This document shows positions 8,850 to 18,209 of a stretch of DNA of 64,000 nucleotides, piece after piece. The notes below the pieces were generated by a model. The model was given only the letters and a program-made list of their open reading frames with translations. It was not told the DNA's origin and searched no databases. The position numbers and the translations under genes are program-made. The stretch is taken from contig CAVGIV010000004.1 in assembly GCA_963629395.1 (NCBI GenBank), positions 2,095 to 66,094 of the forward strand, in the 5' to 3' direction. Position 1 is the first letter of the stretch; each line of letters starts with the position of its first letter. This DNA is from Paludibacteraceae bacterium (GTDB taxonomy: Bacteria > Bacillota > Clostridia > Lachnospirales > Lachnospiraceae).

Positions 8850-8913
8850 GGGTCCCAAGGTCAAAACTCCTCACACGAGCAAGCTCTCGTCGGAGTTTTG
8901 GACCTTTTGACCC
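8850..8913. other. Extended imperfect hairpin in the rex / CNNM divergent intergenic region
   Basis: Nested pairings: GGGTC/GACCC, GGTC/GACC, AAAACTCC/GGAGTTTT, ACGAG/CTCGT. No U-run on either strand, so it is not a classical terminator. Confidence 0.4.
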
Positions 8914-9058
8914 TGGTATCACATTATAGATGCTTGTTAAATTTTAGTCAAACAATCCCGCCTATGTTCTATTTTTCTGTTTCATGGTATTATTTGTGTT
9001 TAATGGGATCATGAGAGTTTTCTCGGCTCCCGAAAATGTCTGGAGGTGATAGTTCTTT

Positions 9059-10462
9059 ATGGATGATATACCGGCACCCAGTCTGTTTCTGTTTCTGGCT
9101 GTTCTGCTGATTTTGGATGCGATTGTATACGGATTTGGTTCGGCACTTCGTGCCTCGAAGCCTCTGGATGAGGAGGATGAGGAGATCGAGGGAGCCGATG
9201 AAATGAGCGACACTGCCATCGAGCGCGAACGCAGGCGCCGTCGCCGGCGCAAAAAGGTTCTGAAGCTGGTGCTGAGGGATCAGTCTGACTACACCGATAC
9301 GGTGCAGCTCGTAACGGCCTGCGTCAATATGATTGTCGGCGCTGTGTACGGCATTGCGCTGATGCGCCTTTTGATGGAGCGGTTTACGAGAGGTGTTGCA
9401 AACGGACCGGCAGTAGTTGTCATGCAGATTCTCGCGACAGTGCTGGCATGGCTCCTTGTACTGTTCGTGCTGCTGGTTCTGGGCGTGCAGATCCCAAAAC
9501 GCCTGGGAAGTGCGAATCCGGAAACATGGATTATCCGTGCGGGGAATGTTTTTCATATTCTAATGATTCTGACCCTGCCCTTGACGCGGCTGGTGAACCT
9601 CAGTGCGAAGGGAATTCTGTTTTTGTTCGGCGTGCGCGGAACGCCGCTTTCCGGAGATGTGACGGAGGAGGAAATCCGCTCCATGCTGAATGAAGGTCAT
9701 GAGCAGGGTGTCATTGACCAGTCTGAGGCGGAGATGATTACGAATATCTTTGAATTCTCAGATAAGGAAGCGTCCGACATCATGACGCACCGCAAGGACA
9801 TGATTGCCATCGATGCTGAGAAATCGCTGGAGGAGGCGCTGGAGTTTATGCTCGGGCAGCACAATTCACGGTTTCCGGTCTATCGGGAGAACATCGATGA
9901 TATCATCGGAATTCTGCATTTCCGCGACGCTGTTCGCTGGATGCAGGAGCACCCGGAGGAGGTTTCCACGTCCATTCAGCATCTGGGCGGGCTCTTAAGG
10001 CAGGCGGAGTTTGTGCCGGAGACCAAAAATATCGATGACCTGTTCCGACAGATGCAGACTGGAAAGACGCAGATGGTCATTGTCATTGATGAGTACGGAC
10101 AAACCTCCGGGCTGATTGCGATGGAGGATATCCTTGAAGAAATTGTCGGCAACATCATGGATGAATATGATGTGGATGAGACGCACATTACGCCGACTGC
10201 CAACAAGAACGAATTCATTCTGGACGGAAGGACTCCGCTGGAGGATCTGACGGAGCGCTTTGGAATCCGTTTTGATGATGACCGTTTTGAAACGCTGAAC
10301 GGATTTCTCATGTCGCAGATGGATAAGGTGCCGGACGGGAGTGAGCATTTCACAACGGATTATGGAGGGTTTCGCTTTCATGTGCTTTCCGTAGCAGAGA
10401 GGCAGGTACAGCGCGTTATGATGACTAGAATCCCTGCCAAAACAGGGGCGCCGCGCGCGTAG
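9059..10462 (+). CDS. CNNM/TlyC-family membrane protein (DUF21 + CBS pair + CorC_HlyC), putative divalent-cation transporter
   Basis: TM region, then EMITNIFEFSDKEASDIMTHR (CBS) and a C-terminal transporter-associated domain. There is an unusual acidic and poly-Arg insert after TM1 (EEDEEIEG...ERERRRRRRRKK). Confidence 0.85.
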   Translation: MDDIPAPSLFLFLAVLLILDAIVYGFGSALRASKPLDEEDEEIEGADEMSDTAIERERRRRRRRKKVLKLVLRDQSDYTDTVQLVTACVNMIVGAVYGIALMRLLMERFTRGVANGPAVVVMQILATVLAWLLVLFVLLVLGVQIPKRLGSANPETWIIRAGNVFHILMILTLPLTRLVNLSAKGILFLFGVRGTPLSGDVTEEEIRSMLNEGHEQGVIDQSEAEMITNIFEFSDKEASDIMTHRKDMIAIDAEKSLEEALEFMLGQHNSRFPVYRENIDDIIGILHFRDAVRWMQEHPEEVSTSIQHLGGLLRQAEFVPETKNIDDLFRQMQTGKTQMVIVIDEYGQTSGLIAMEDILEEIVGNIMDEYDVDETHITPTANKNEFILDGRTPLEDLTERFGIRFDDDRFETLNGFLMSQMDKVPDGSEHFTTDYGGFRFHVLSVAERQVQRVMMTRIPAKTGAPRA

Positions 10463-10516
10463 GCACCACAAACTAAAAATTCAGCACCCATCTCGAATTT
10501 GCCTGCAAGCAGAGGG

Positions 10517-10549
10517 TTCACGTTGAAATGTGGCAGGTGCTGAACAGAT
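10517..10549 (+). repeat. 33-nt conserved leader/promoter-proximal motif, copy A
   Basis: ttcacgttgaaatgtggcaggtgctgaacagat is 31/33 identical to 48027-48059. Both copies lie ~30 nt upstream of a start codon with an AAAGGAGAA RBS. Confidence 0.75.
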
Positions 10550-10577
10550 ACAAATCTAAGATCAAAGGAGAACAACT

Positions 10578-11321
10578 ATGTCAGGACATTCTAAATTTGC
10601 AAATATCAAGCACAAAAAGGAAGCAAACGATGCCGCAAAGGGAAAGGTATTCACCATCATCGGCCGTGAAATCGCTGTCGCTGTAAAAGAGGGCGGCCCG
10701 GATCCTGCCAACAACTTCAAGCTGGCACAGGTCGTTGCAAAGGCAAAGGCAGCCAATATGCCCAACGACACCATTGAGCGCGGCATCAAGAAGGCAGCAG
10801 GCGATGTTGATAACGTGAACTATCAGCAGAACACCTATGAAGGCTATGGACCGGGCGGAGTTGCCATCATTGTGGAGACACTGACGGACAATGTAAATCG
10901 TACGGCTTCGGACGTGCGCGCTGCTTTTTCTAAGGGAAACGGCTCTATGGGCACCAAGGGAAGCGTTTCCTTCATGTTCGATCAGAAGGGACAGATCATC
11001 ATCGACAAGGAGGAGTTCGACGGTACAGCAGACGACCTGATGATGGTTGCCCTGGATGCCGGCGCAGAGGATATTCAGGAGGAAGAGGATTCCTTTGTGG
11101 TTCTTACTGCTCCCGAGGATTTTGACGCAGTATCCAAGGCACTCACGGAAGCCGGCATTACCGCTGCAAGCGCAGAGGTTACCATGATTCCTCAGAACTA
11201 TGTGACCGTAACAGACGCGGATGCTTTGAAGGGCCTTGGCATCATTCTCAGTAAGCTCGACGAGAGTGATGATGTCCAGAACGTATATCATAACTGGGAG
11301 AACTGTGAGAGTGACGACTGA
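10578..11321 (+). CDS. yebC: YebC/PmpR-family transcriptional regulator
   Basis: MSGHSKFANIKHKK N-terminus, 247 aa, typical family architecture. Confidence 0.9.
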   Translation: MSGHSKFANIKHKKEANDAAKGKVFTIIGREIAVAVKEGGPDPANNFKLAQVVAKAKAANMPNDTIERGIKKAAGDVDNVNYQQNTYEGYGPGGVAIIVETLTDNVNRTASDVRAAFSKGNGSMGTKGSVSFMFDQKGQIIIDKEEFDGTADDLMMVALDAGAEDIQEEEDSFVVLTAPEDFDAVSKALTEAGITAASAEVTMIPQNYVTVTDADALKGLGIILSKLDESDDVQNVYHNWENCESDD

Positions 11322-11544
11322 AGATGCAAAGCTGGATAACCCCCTTCCGGAACCGGTAAAGGGTCGGCAAAAGGCTCCGGAGTTTGTCATTGACTGCGGC
11401 GACGCGCAGAAGGATGATGAAGTGTTTGATGCACTGCATTGCGAGGAGGAGTCGGCCAAGGCACCTGCGGCGGCTCCCGAAACCGGCACAGAAGATGATT
11501 TTGATTTCCCTGTGGCCGATGACGATGATTTTGATCTGCAGTAA
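11311..11544 (+). CDS. Small acidic hypothetical protein (~77 aa); start uncertain (GTG 11305 or 11311)
   Basis: The ORF fills the yebC-ftsK gap. GGGAGA lies 9 nt upstream of GTG 11311. C-terminal tail is [18 protein letters not shown] recognise no homology. Confidence 0.35.
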   Translation: MTTEDAKLDNPLPEPVKGRQKAPEFVIDCGDAQKDDEVFDALHCEEESAKAPAAAPETGTEDDFDFPVADDDDFDLQ

Positions 11545-11558
11545 TTGTTAAAACCACC

Positions 11559-14500
11559 ATGGCAGGAACAACAGGAAGGAAAAGTTCATCAGCAAGAAGC
11601 ACACAGACAAGCCGGCAGGGCTCGAGAGGCGGTGCAGCAAGGAAGGGCTCTTCATCAAAGAGCTCCGGCTCCCGCAGCAGAAGCTCCTCATCCAGAAGCT
11701 CTGCTGCCTCCAAAAGGAGCTCCGCGGCAGGAAAATCTTCCGGGAGCCGCTCCCGTTCCAGAGCATCCAGCCGGCGAGAGCCAACTGTAATGCAGCGCGA
11801 TGTAACCCTGATCGCGCTGTTTGCAGCGATGGTTTTCCTGTTTCTGTGCAATTTTATGAGCCTTGGCATTGTAGGAGAGTTTTTCTCTCGTATGATGTTC
11901 GGGCTTTTTGGTGTGCTTTCCTATCTGCTTCCGGTTATTATCTTTTCCTTGTATCTCTACTATGTTCTCATGGTGGAAAAGGATGACGGAATTGTCATCA
12001 AGATCCTTGCGATACTGGGACTGCTACTGATTGTTTGTATTTTTACCGAGCTGCTCAGTGCGGACATGGCATCTCAAACCGGATACGATCCGGCAGCCAT
12101 TTACACAAGGAGTGCAGAAGGCCATTCCGGCGGCGGCATTGTGGGCGGAACCATTGCGTATGTGCTGTACCAGCTCTTGAGAGGCTTTGGAACCGTTCTT
12201 GTCCTGCTGGTGGGAGCGGCGGCCTGCGTATATGCGCTGGTGCAGAAATCCATTCTGGAGATGGCGCGGGATACCGCAATGGATGCAAGACTTCGCCACT
12301 TAGAACACCTGGAGGAGCAGGAGCGCTACCAGGAGGAGCATCCGGAGGAATTCGAAGAGGAGTACGAGGACTGCGACTCGGATTATGAAAAACTGACAGC
12401 TCCTTCTCATTACGAGGAGAGCCGTCAGCGCTATCAGGAGCTGCAACGGCAGCGCAAGGCCAGACTGCAAAAGGTGCAGGAGCAGCAGAAAATGGCCAGG
12501 TATCAGGAGGCGACCGCAGAGGCCGGGAACATGTGGAATACCGACCTTTCTGCTGACGCAGGCTTTGTGGCGGCTGCACCTTTGGTCCAGGAAGCCGTGC
12601 AGGAGACGACTCCTGATTCTACGCCTGCTGTAACCGATGCGCCTGTGTCTACTCCTGCCCCTTCCGAGACCGATGTGCCGACACCGGAACCTGTGTCTGT
12701 CGCAACGGATGCTGCGCAGGAAGCACCTTCGGCTGTCATTGATCCACAGGAAGCGCCTCCGGTTGTCATTGATCCGCAGGAGGCAATTCAGGAGTACAAA
12801 AAGGCACTGGAGGAGCAAAAGCAGCAAGAAGACCTCCGACGCAGGCAGGAGGAAGAGGAGGCAAGGAAGCAGGAAAAGCTGGCCCGGGAGCTTCGCCGCA
12901 ATCAGGAAAGCCTTCATGAGCTGCATGCAGAGGATTATCTGGATGAGGCAGACGATGAGCCGGGCGATTTCGCTGATCGAAATGACACATCTGTCCTGCC
13001 GGAAGCCGGTATTGCTGCTGTCCAGGCCGGGATGACCGGTGTTGTCACTGCGGCAGCTGTTTCCGCAGGGGTATCCTCCATGCCGTCCCAGGCATCGGCA
13101 GGCGTGCGCTCCCATACCGGCGGAATGCTTGCAGAGAATATTCTGACGGATCCTTCGGAGATGGCATTTACAGACAACGCATCGCCGATTTCTTCCGAAA
13201 AGGAAGAGGAATACATCCCGGAGATTTTCGAAGAGGTTCCCGGGATTCGTGTGGTACGCAAGGATACTGCGCAGGGCCTTTACGGTTTGGAAGAAGCGGC
13301 CGTACCGGCTTCTGCAGTACCGACTTCTGAAGCACCGATTTCTGAAGCACCGCACTCCGAGGCTGCAGCAGACGCAGTATCGTTTCCTGCGCAGCCGGAA
13401 GAGGTCGTGTCTGAAGCAGTGTCACAGAATGAACAGGCGCCAAGGGAAGCAGCATCGTTTTCGGAGACAGCGGCGCATACGGCGCAGGCTCCGGAGCCTG
13501 CGCCAGCCGACATTCCGGAGTCTGCAGTTCACGGCATTCCGGATCCTGTCCTTCCCAACATCCCGGTGCATACAGAAAGAGAAGTCGTATCGGCCGCACA
13601 GGAGAATGCGACGGAGATGCAGAACGCTTTCGAGAACACACCGGAACCTGTTCAGGATCACAGCGCCCCGCAGCCGGCTCCCAGCCAGCCGGATATTCTG
13701 CAGAAAAAGGAAGAGCCTTTGCCGGTGCGGCGTGAATATGTGTTCCCGCCCATTTCCCTTTTGCACAAGAGTGAAGGCTCCATGGCGGATACCGATGATG
13801 AGCTTCGGGAAACTGCACAGCTTTTGCAGACAACCCTCCGGAATTTCGGTGTAAAGATTACCATCACAGACATTTCACAGGGTCCATCTGTTACGCGGTA
13901 TGAGATGCTGCCGGAGATGGGGGTCAAAGTCAGCAAAATTGTCTCCCTCGCAGACGACATTAAGCTTGCCCTTGCCGCAACGGACATTCGTATTGAAGCT
14001 CCGATTCCCGGCAAATCAGCCATCGGCATCGAGGTCCCGAACAAGGAGGCTGCCCCGGTTGCTCTTCGTGACATCGTCGATACGGAGGAATTCCGTGCGC
14101 AGAAATCCAAGCTTGCCTTTGCGGTCGGCAAGGACATCGGCGGCAAGCCGGTGTTCGGTGATATTGCCAAAATGCCGCACGTTCTGATCGCCGGTGCGAC
14201 AGGCTCCGGTAAATCAGTCTGCATCAACACCATCATTATGAGCCTTTTGTTCCATGCAAAGCCGGAAGAGGTCAAGCTCATCATGATTGATCCGAAGGTG
14301 GTTGAGCTGTCGGTATACAACGGAATACCGCATCTGATGATTCCTGTGGTAACCAATCCGCAGAAAGCGGCAGCTGCACTGAACTGGGGCGTTGCAGAGA
14401 TGGAGGCAAGGTACCGGGCGTTTGCAGACGCAAGGGTTCGTGATATCAAAGGTTACAATGCACTTGTGCGCCAGCACCAGCAAATGCAGGGAAGCGGTGA

Positions 14501-15251
14501 GAATGAAGCTGTCATGCACTTTATGCCGCAGCTGGTTATCATTGTGGATGAGCTTGCCGATCTTATGATGGTTGCCAAAAATGACGTAGAAACAGCCATC
14601 TGCCGCCTTGCACAGCTGGCACGGGCTGCCGGCATTCACCTGATCATCGCTACGCAGCGTCCTTCCGTGGATGTCATTACGGGTCTGATCAAGGCGAATA
14701 TGCCAAGCCGCATTGCCTTCCGCGTTTCCTCCGGCGTAGATTCCAGAACCATTCTGGATATGAACGGAGCAGAAAAGCTGCTGGGAAAAGGCGATATGCT
14801 GTTCTTCCCGCAGGGACTTCCGAAGCCGAACCGCGTGCAGGGGTGCTTTGTATCGGACGATGAAGTTACCGATGTTGTCAATTTCCTTGTCGCCAACAAT
14901 CCGGCATCGGAGGAAGAATCCAGGCGTCACCAGCAGGAAATTGATGCCATTGAAGCAGGAACCAGTGCACAAGCAGCCCCCGGCACCGGAACGGAAGGCG
15001 CGCAGGAATCGGATGTGGATGAGCTTTTTGCAAGCGCGGGCCGCTTTATCATTGAACGCGGCAATGCGTCTATCGGACTTCTGCAGCGCAAATACCGCAT
15101 CGGCTTTAACCGGGCGGCCAGGATTATGGATCAGCTCTGTGAAAAGGGTGTGGTCGGCGAAGCGGTTGGGACAAAGGCCCGGGCGATTCTGATGACGCCG
15201 GAGCAGTTTGAAAGCTACTGCCGCGACAACGGATACGACTTTGTGGATTGA
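11559..15251 (+). CDS. ftsK: DNA translocase FtsK/SpoIIIE (1230 aa, with S/R-rich N-terminus and ~480-aa low-complexity linker)
   Basis: N-terminal TM segments. Motor domain has Walker [20 protein letters not shown] and [13 protein letters not shown]-terminal gamma wHTH: [23 protein letters not shown]. Confidence 0.9.
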   Translation: MAGTTGRKSSSARSTQTSRQGSRGGAARKGSSSKSSGSRSRSSSSRSSAASKRSSAAGKSSGSRSRSRASSRREPTVMQRDVTLIALFAAMVFLFLCNFMSLGIVGEFFSRMMFGLFGVLSYLLPVIIFSLYLYYVLMVEKDDGIVIKILAILGLLLIVCIFTELLSADMASQTGYDPAAIYTRSAEGHSGGGIVGGTIAYVLYQLLRGFGTVLVLLVGAAACVYALVQKSILEMARDTAMDARLRHLEHLEEQERYQEEHPEEFEEEYEDCDSDYEKLTAPSHYEESRQRYQELQRQRKARLQKVQEQQKMARYQEATAEAGNMWNTDLSADAGFVAAAPLVQEAVQETTPDSTPAVTDAPVSTPAPSETDVPTPEPVSVATDAAQEAPSAVIDPQEAPPVVIDPQEAIQEYKKALEEQKQQEDLRRRQEEEEARKQEKLARELRRNQESLHELHAEDYLDEADDEPGDFADRNDTSVLPEAGIAAVQAGMTGVVTAAAVSAGVSSMPSQASAGVRSHTGGMLAENILTDPSEMAFTDNASPISSEKEEEYIPEIFEEVPGIRVVRKDTAQGLYGLEEAAVPASAVPTSEAPISEAPHSEAAADAVSFPAQPEEVVSEAVSQNEQAPREAASFSETAAHTAQAPEPAPADIPESAVHGIPDPVLPNIPVHTEREVVSAAQENATEMQNAFENTPEPVQDHSAPQPAPSQPDILQKKEEPLPVRREYVFPPISLLHKSEGSMADTDDELRETAQLLQTTLRNFGVKITITDISQGPSVTRYEMLPEMGVKVSKIVSLADDIKLALAATDIRIEAPIPGKSAIGIEVPNKEAAPVALRDIVDTEEFRAQKSKLAFAVGKDIGGKPVFGDIAKMPHVLIAGATGSGKSVCINTIIMSLLFHAKPEEVKLIMIDPKVVELSVYNGIPHLMIPVVTNPQKAAAALNWGVAEMEARYRAFADARVRDIKGYNALVRQHQQMQGSGENEAVMHFMPQLVIIVDELADLMMVAKNDVETAICRLAQLARAAGIHLIIATQRPSVDVITGLIKANMPSRIAFRVSSGVDSRTILDMNGAEKLLGKGDMLFFPQGLPKPNRVQGCFVSDDEVTDVVNFLVANNPASEEESRRHQQEIDAIEAGTSAQAAPGTGTEGAQESDVDELFASAGRFIIERGNASIGLLQRKYRIGFNRAARIMDQLCEKGVVGEAVGTKARAILMTPEQFESYCRDNGYDFVD

Positions 15252-15302
15252 CAACAGGGATGCTTTATGTGCCGCAGCAAGGTGCGGCAAAGAAAGGATA
15301 AA

Positions 15303-16160
15303 ATGGCAGCAACGATCATTAACGGAAAGGAAATCTCCGCGCAGATTAAGGCGGAGCTGCGGGAAAAGGTTCAAAGGATCAATGAGGAGGGCGGTAGTGT
15401 TACGCTTGCCGTTATTCTGGTCGGTGAGAACCCCGCCAGCAAGGTATACGTTCGGAACAAGATCCGCTCCTGTGAGGAATGCGGCATCATCAACCGCGAA
15501 ATTCTGCTGCCGGACACCATTTCTGAGGAAGAGCTTCTTGCCCGCGTGGATGAACTCAATCAGGATCCGGATGTAAACGGTATTCTGGTCCAGCTTCCGC
15601 TTCCCAAGGGAATGGATGAGCAGCGCGTTATCCGCCGCATTGATCCGTCCAAGGATGTGGACGGCTTTCATCCGGCAAGTGTTGGAGCCCTTTCCATCGG
15701 GCTTCCCGGATTTGTTTCCTGCACACCGGCCGGCATCATCGAGCTGCTCCACCGCAGCGCAATTGACTGCAGCGGCAAGGAGTGCGTGATTGTAGGACGC
15801 AGCAACATCGTCGGAAAGCCGATGGGAATGCTGATGCTGCGGGAAAATGCAACGGTTACCATTGCTCATTCCAAAACAACGGATCTGCCGTCCGTTTGCC
15901 GTCGTGCGGACATTCTGATTACCGCCATCGGCAAACCGAAGATGTTCACCAAAGAGTACGTGAAAGAGGGAGCTGTGGTTATTGACTGCGGAATCAACCG
16001 CGATGACAACGGGAAGCTGTGCGGCGATGTAGATTATGAGGATGTATTCCCTGTGGCTGGTGCCATCACGCCGGTTCCGGGAGGAGTTGGTCCGATGACC
16101 ATTGCCATGCTGATGAATAATTGCGTAGAAGCCTATGAAATGTCCAACATGCGGCAATGA
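15303..16160 (+). CDS. folD: Bifunctional methylenetetrahydrofolate dehydrogenase / methenyl-THF cyclohydrolase
   Basis: MAATIINGKEISAQIK..., VGENPASKVYVRNK, ILVQLPLP, GRSNIVGKP, PVPGGVGPMT. The ORF-track start at 15267 is probably an upstream extension. Confidence 0.9.
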   Translation: MAATIINGKEISAQIKAELREKVQRINEEGGSVTLAVILVGENPASKVYVRNKIRSCEECGIINREILLPDTISEEELLARVDELNQDPDVNGILVQLPLPKGMDEQRVIRRIDPSKDVDGFHPASVGALSIGLPGFVSCTPAGIIELLHRSAIDCSGKECVIVGRSNIVGKPMGMLMLRENATVTIAHSKTTDLPSVCRRADILITAIGKPKMFTKEYVKEGAVVIDCGINRDDNGKLCGDVDYEDVFPVAGAITPVPGGVGPMTIAMLMNNCVEAYEMSNMRQ

Positions 16161-17283
16161 ATTGCCGGACGGCGCGTTGTTTTGTGAAAAATGCGCCGGA
16201 GAAATCAAAATCGTACCGGAATACGAAACCAGGCTGGAAGAGCAGATCAGTATCAGCATGGAGAGCGTAACGAAGGTAATTGAGGAAGAGAAGGCGGTTG
16301 AGGCGGATACGGTTCCCATTGATACCGCTGCCGTAAAGGCGGGCATATCCGCGCAGCTTGCAGCGGATGCCAAAGCCGCTAAGGCCAGGGAGGAAGCTTC
16401 CAGGCAGCGGCAGGAGCGCCGCGCGCAGGCACGCATGCGGCGCCATGCGCGGTACGCATCCCGAAGGCGTTATGTGAAGTTCATGCTGGTCTTCCTGGTG
16501 GGCGCATTGTCCATGGGCATATTTATTCTTCTGCTCTGGGTTGGCGGCTTTTTTAACGATTTTCGTTCGCAGTCCTACTATGTAGGAAGAGCGTATCAGT
16601 ATGCCAGCAGCGGCGAGTATCACAAGGCAGCGGATGAAATTGATAAGGCCATTGCACTGGACCGGGGACCATCCTCCGGCGCCGGGGATGCAGATACGCA
16701 GGATGCAGCCGGTGACTTAGAGCTGGCGGCGGCGGAATCGTCCGAAGATGCGCAGGAAGATCAAGGCCCGCAGCGCCAGACCGTTGCTACGCTCTACCTT
16801 TTAAAGTCGGAATATCTTCAAAAAGCCGGTGAAGAGGGCCTCGCGCTGGGCGCAGCAAGCCAGGCGATGGAGGATCCAAGCTCTACCGAGGAGGAGGACA
16901 TCGCTGCCTATGGCCGTATGATCGCCATCTACGCGTCCTATGAAGAATATGATAAAATAGCAGAGCTTCTCTCCAAATGCACGCGCCAGCAGGTGATTGA
17001 GAGCTACCTGCAGTATGCACTGTTCGAGCCGGAGTTTTCAGCAGAGGCCGGGACCTATGATGCCCCCTTTTCTCTGGAGCTAAAGGACGCGGGAGAAGGC
17101 TCCATTTTCTATACGCTGGACGGCTCCGTGCCGACCACGTCGTCGGTACTGTATACCGGTCCGATTGAGCTCTCCGAGGGAACCTGGAAGGTTTCGGCAA
17201 TTTATGTAAACCACTTTAATCTGAGCAGCCAGGTTGTTACAAAGACCTACCGGATCGGCCCGAAGGGCGAAAGCGAAAAATAA
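16135..17283 (+). CDS. Zinc-ribbon membrane protein with a C-terminal chitobiase/Fn3-associated-like domain
   Basis: MKCPTCGNELPDGALFCEKCAG zinc ribbon. One TM (FMLVFLVGALSMGIFILLLWV). C-terminus GSIFYTLDGSVPTTSSVLYTGPIEL. Overlaps the folD end by 26 nt. Confidence 0.6.
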   Translation: MKCPTCGNELPDGALFCEKCAGEIKIVPEYETRLEEQISISMESVTKVIEEEKAVEADTVPIDTAAVKAGISAQLAADAKAAKAREEASRQRQERRAQARMRRHARYASRRRYVKFMLVFLVGALSMGIFILLLWVGGFFNDFRSQSYYVGRAYQYASSGEYHKAADEIDKAIALDRGPSSGAGDADTQDAAGDLELAAAESSEDAQEDQGPQRQTVATLYLLKSEYLQKAGEEGLALGAASQAMEDPSSTEEEDIAAYGRMIAIYASYEEYDKIAELLSKCTRQQVIESYLQYALFEPEFSAEAGTYDAPFSLELKDAGEGSIFYTLDGSVPTTSSVLYTGPIELSEGTWKVSAIYVNHFNLSSQVVTKTYRIGPKGESEK

Positions 17284-17315
17284 GGGTAATTGTTTAGCAG
17301 AAAGGGGTAGAGAAT

Positions 17316-18194
17316 ATGTTTGAAATCACAAGAAAAGAGCTTCTTGGACCCAAGGTTTACCGTATGGATATTACGGCGCCGCGGGTTGCAGAACGCGCAA
17401 TGCCGGGACAGTTTCTGATTGTCCGGGCCGATGCAGACGGAGAGCGCATTCCGCTTACCATCTGCGACGACGACAAGGAAAAGGGACAGATTACCATTGT
17501 GTTCCAGACCGTCGGAGCAGAGACAACAAGGATGGCCGAACTGGAGGTCGGCGAGCGCTTTGCGGATGTTGTCGGACCGCTTGGAAATCCTTCCGATCTG
17601 GTGGATATTCCGCTGGAAGAGCTGCGGCAGAAAAAGCTTTTGTTCATCGCAGGCGGTGTCGGAACCGCACCGGTGTATCATCAGCTGAAATGGCTCCATG
17701 AAAACGGCGTGGATGCAGACTGCATTCAGGGGGCTAGATCCAAGGATATCCTGATTCTTGAGGATGAAATGAAGGCCGTCACAGGAAATCTGTATTTTGC
17801 AACCGATGACGGCTCCTATGGCATCCACGGAAATGTCTGCGTTGCACTGCAGCAGCTGTATGATGAAGGAAAGCGCTACGACCACTGCGTTGTCATCGGA
17901 CCGATGATCATGATGAAGTTCGCCTGCGCATTGACGAAAAAGCTTGGAATTCCCACTGTTGCCAGCATGAATACCATCATGGTCGATGGAACCGGAATGT
18001 GCGGGGCTTGTCGACTGATGGTTGGCGGAAAGGTGAAATTTGCCTGCGTAGACGGCCCGGAATTTGACGGCTGGGAGATCGATTTTGATCAGGCAATGCA
18101 ACGTTCCAGGCTCTATAAGACCGAGGAGGGACGTCTGATGTTAAAGCTCCAGGAGGGCGATACCCACGAAGGCGGCTGCGGTCACTGCAAATAA
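17316..18194 (+). CDS. nfnA: NfnA-like FAD/NAD-binding [2Fe-2S] subunit (sulfide/dihydroorotate dehydrogenase-like)
   Basis: PGQFLIVR, RIPLTI, GGVGTAP, and C-terminal Cys cluster CGACRLMVGGKVKFACVDGPEF. Paired with the gltD-like gene downstream. Confidence 0.8.
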   Translation: MFEITRKELLGPKVYRMDITAPRVAERAMPGQFLIVRADADGERIPLTICDDDKEKGQITIVFQTVGAETTRMAELEVGERFADVVGPLGNPSDLVDIPLEELRQKKLLFIAGGVGTAPVYHQLKWLHENGVDADCIQGARSKDILILEDEMKAVTGNLYFATDDGSYGIHGNVCVALQQLYDEGKRYDHCVVIGPMIMMKFACALTKKLGIPTVASMNTIMVDGTGMCGACRLMVGGKVKFACVDGPEFDGWEIDFDQAMQRSRLYKTEEGRLMLKLQEGDTHEGGCGHCK

Positions 18195-18209
18195 AGGAGA
18201 ATACAGAAT

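Noticed and set aside
8895-8925. Loose similarity TTTGACCC..GGTATCA..ATAGA between 8903-8925 and 45729-45753
   Set aside because: The match is short, gapped and low-complexity. It does not give a sensible -35/-10 spacing in either copy and is not statistically convincing by eye.
8934-8955. Possible Rex operator TTGTTAAATTTTAGTCAAACAA upstream of rex
   Set aside because: Only the outer TTGTT/AACAA pentamers are inverted repeats. Spacing and the inner positions do not fit either the TTGTGAA-N6-TTCACAA or the TTGTTAA-N4-TTAACAA consensus.
8748-9014. 88-aa ORF in the rex/CNNM intergenic region
   Set aside because: It has no RBS, its composition is not protein-like, and it spans hairpins and promoter-like sequence.
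10483-10500. Exact 13-mer gcacccatctcga shared with 45799-45811 upstream of topB
   Set aside because: A 13-mer exact match is expected by chance many times in this window. There are about 8e9 position pairs on two strands against 4^13 of about 6.7e7. There is no extended similarity around it.
14214-16436. 740-aa ORF on the minus strand spanning the ftsK 3' end, folD and the zinc-ribbon gene
   Set aside because: It is antisense to three well-supported genes with clear family motifs. Its translation is Cys/His/Arg-rich with no recognisable domain. This is typical of shadow ORFs in GC-rich, codon-biased DNA.
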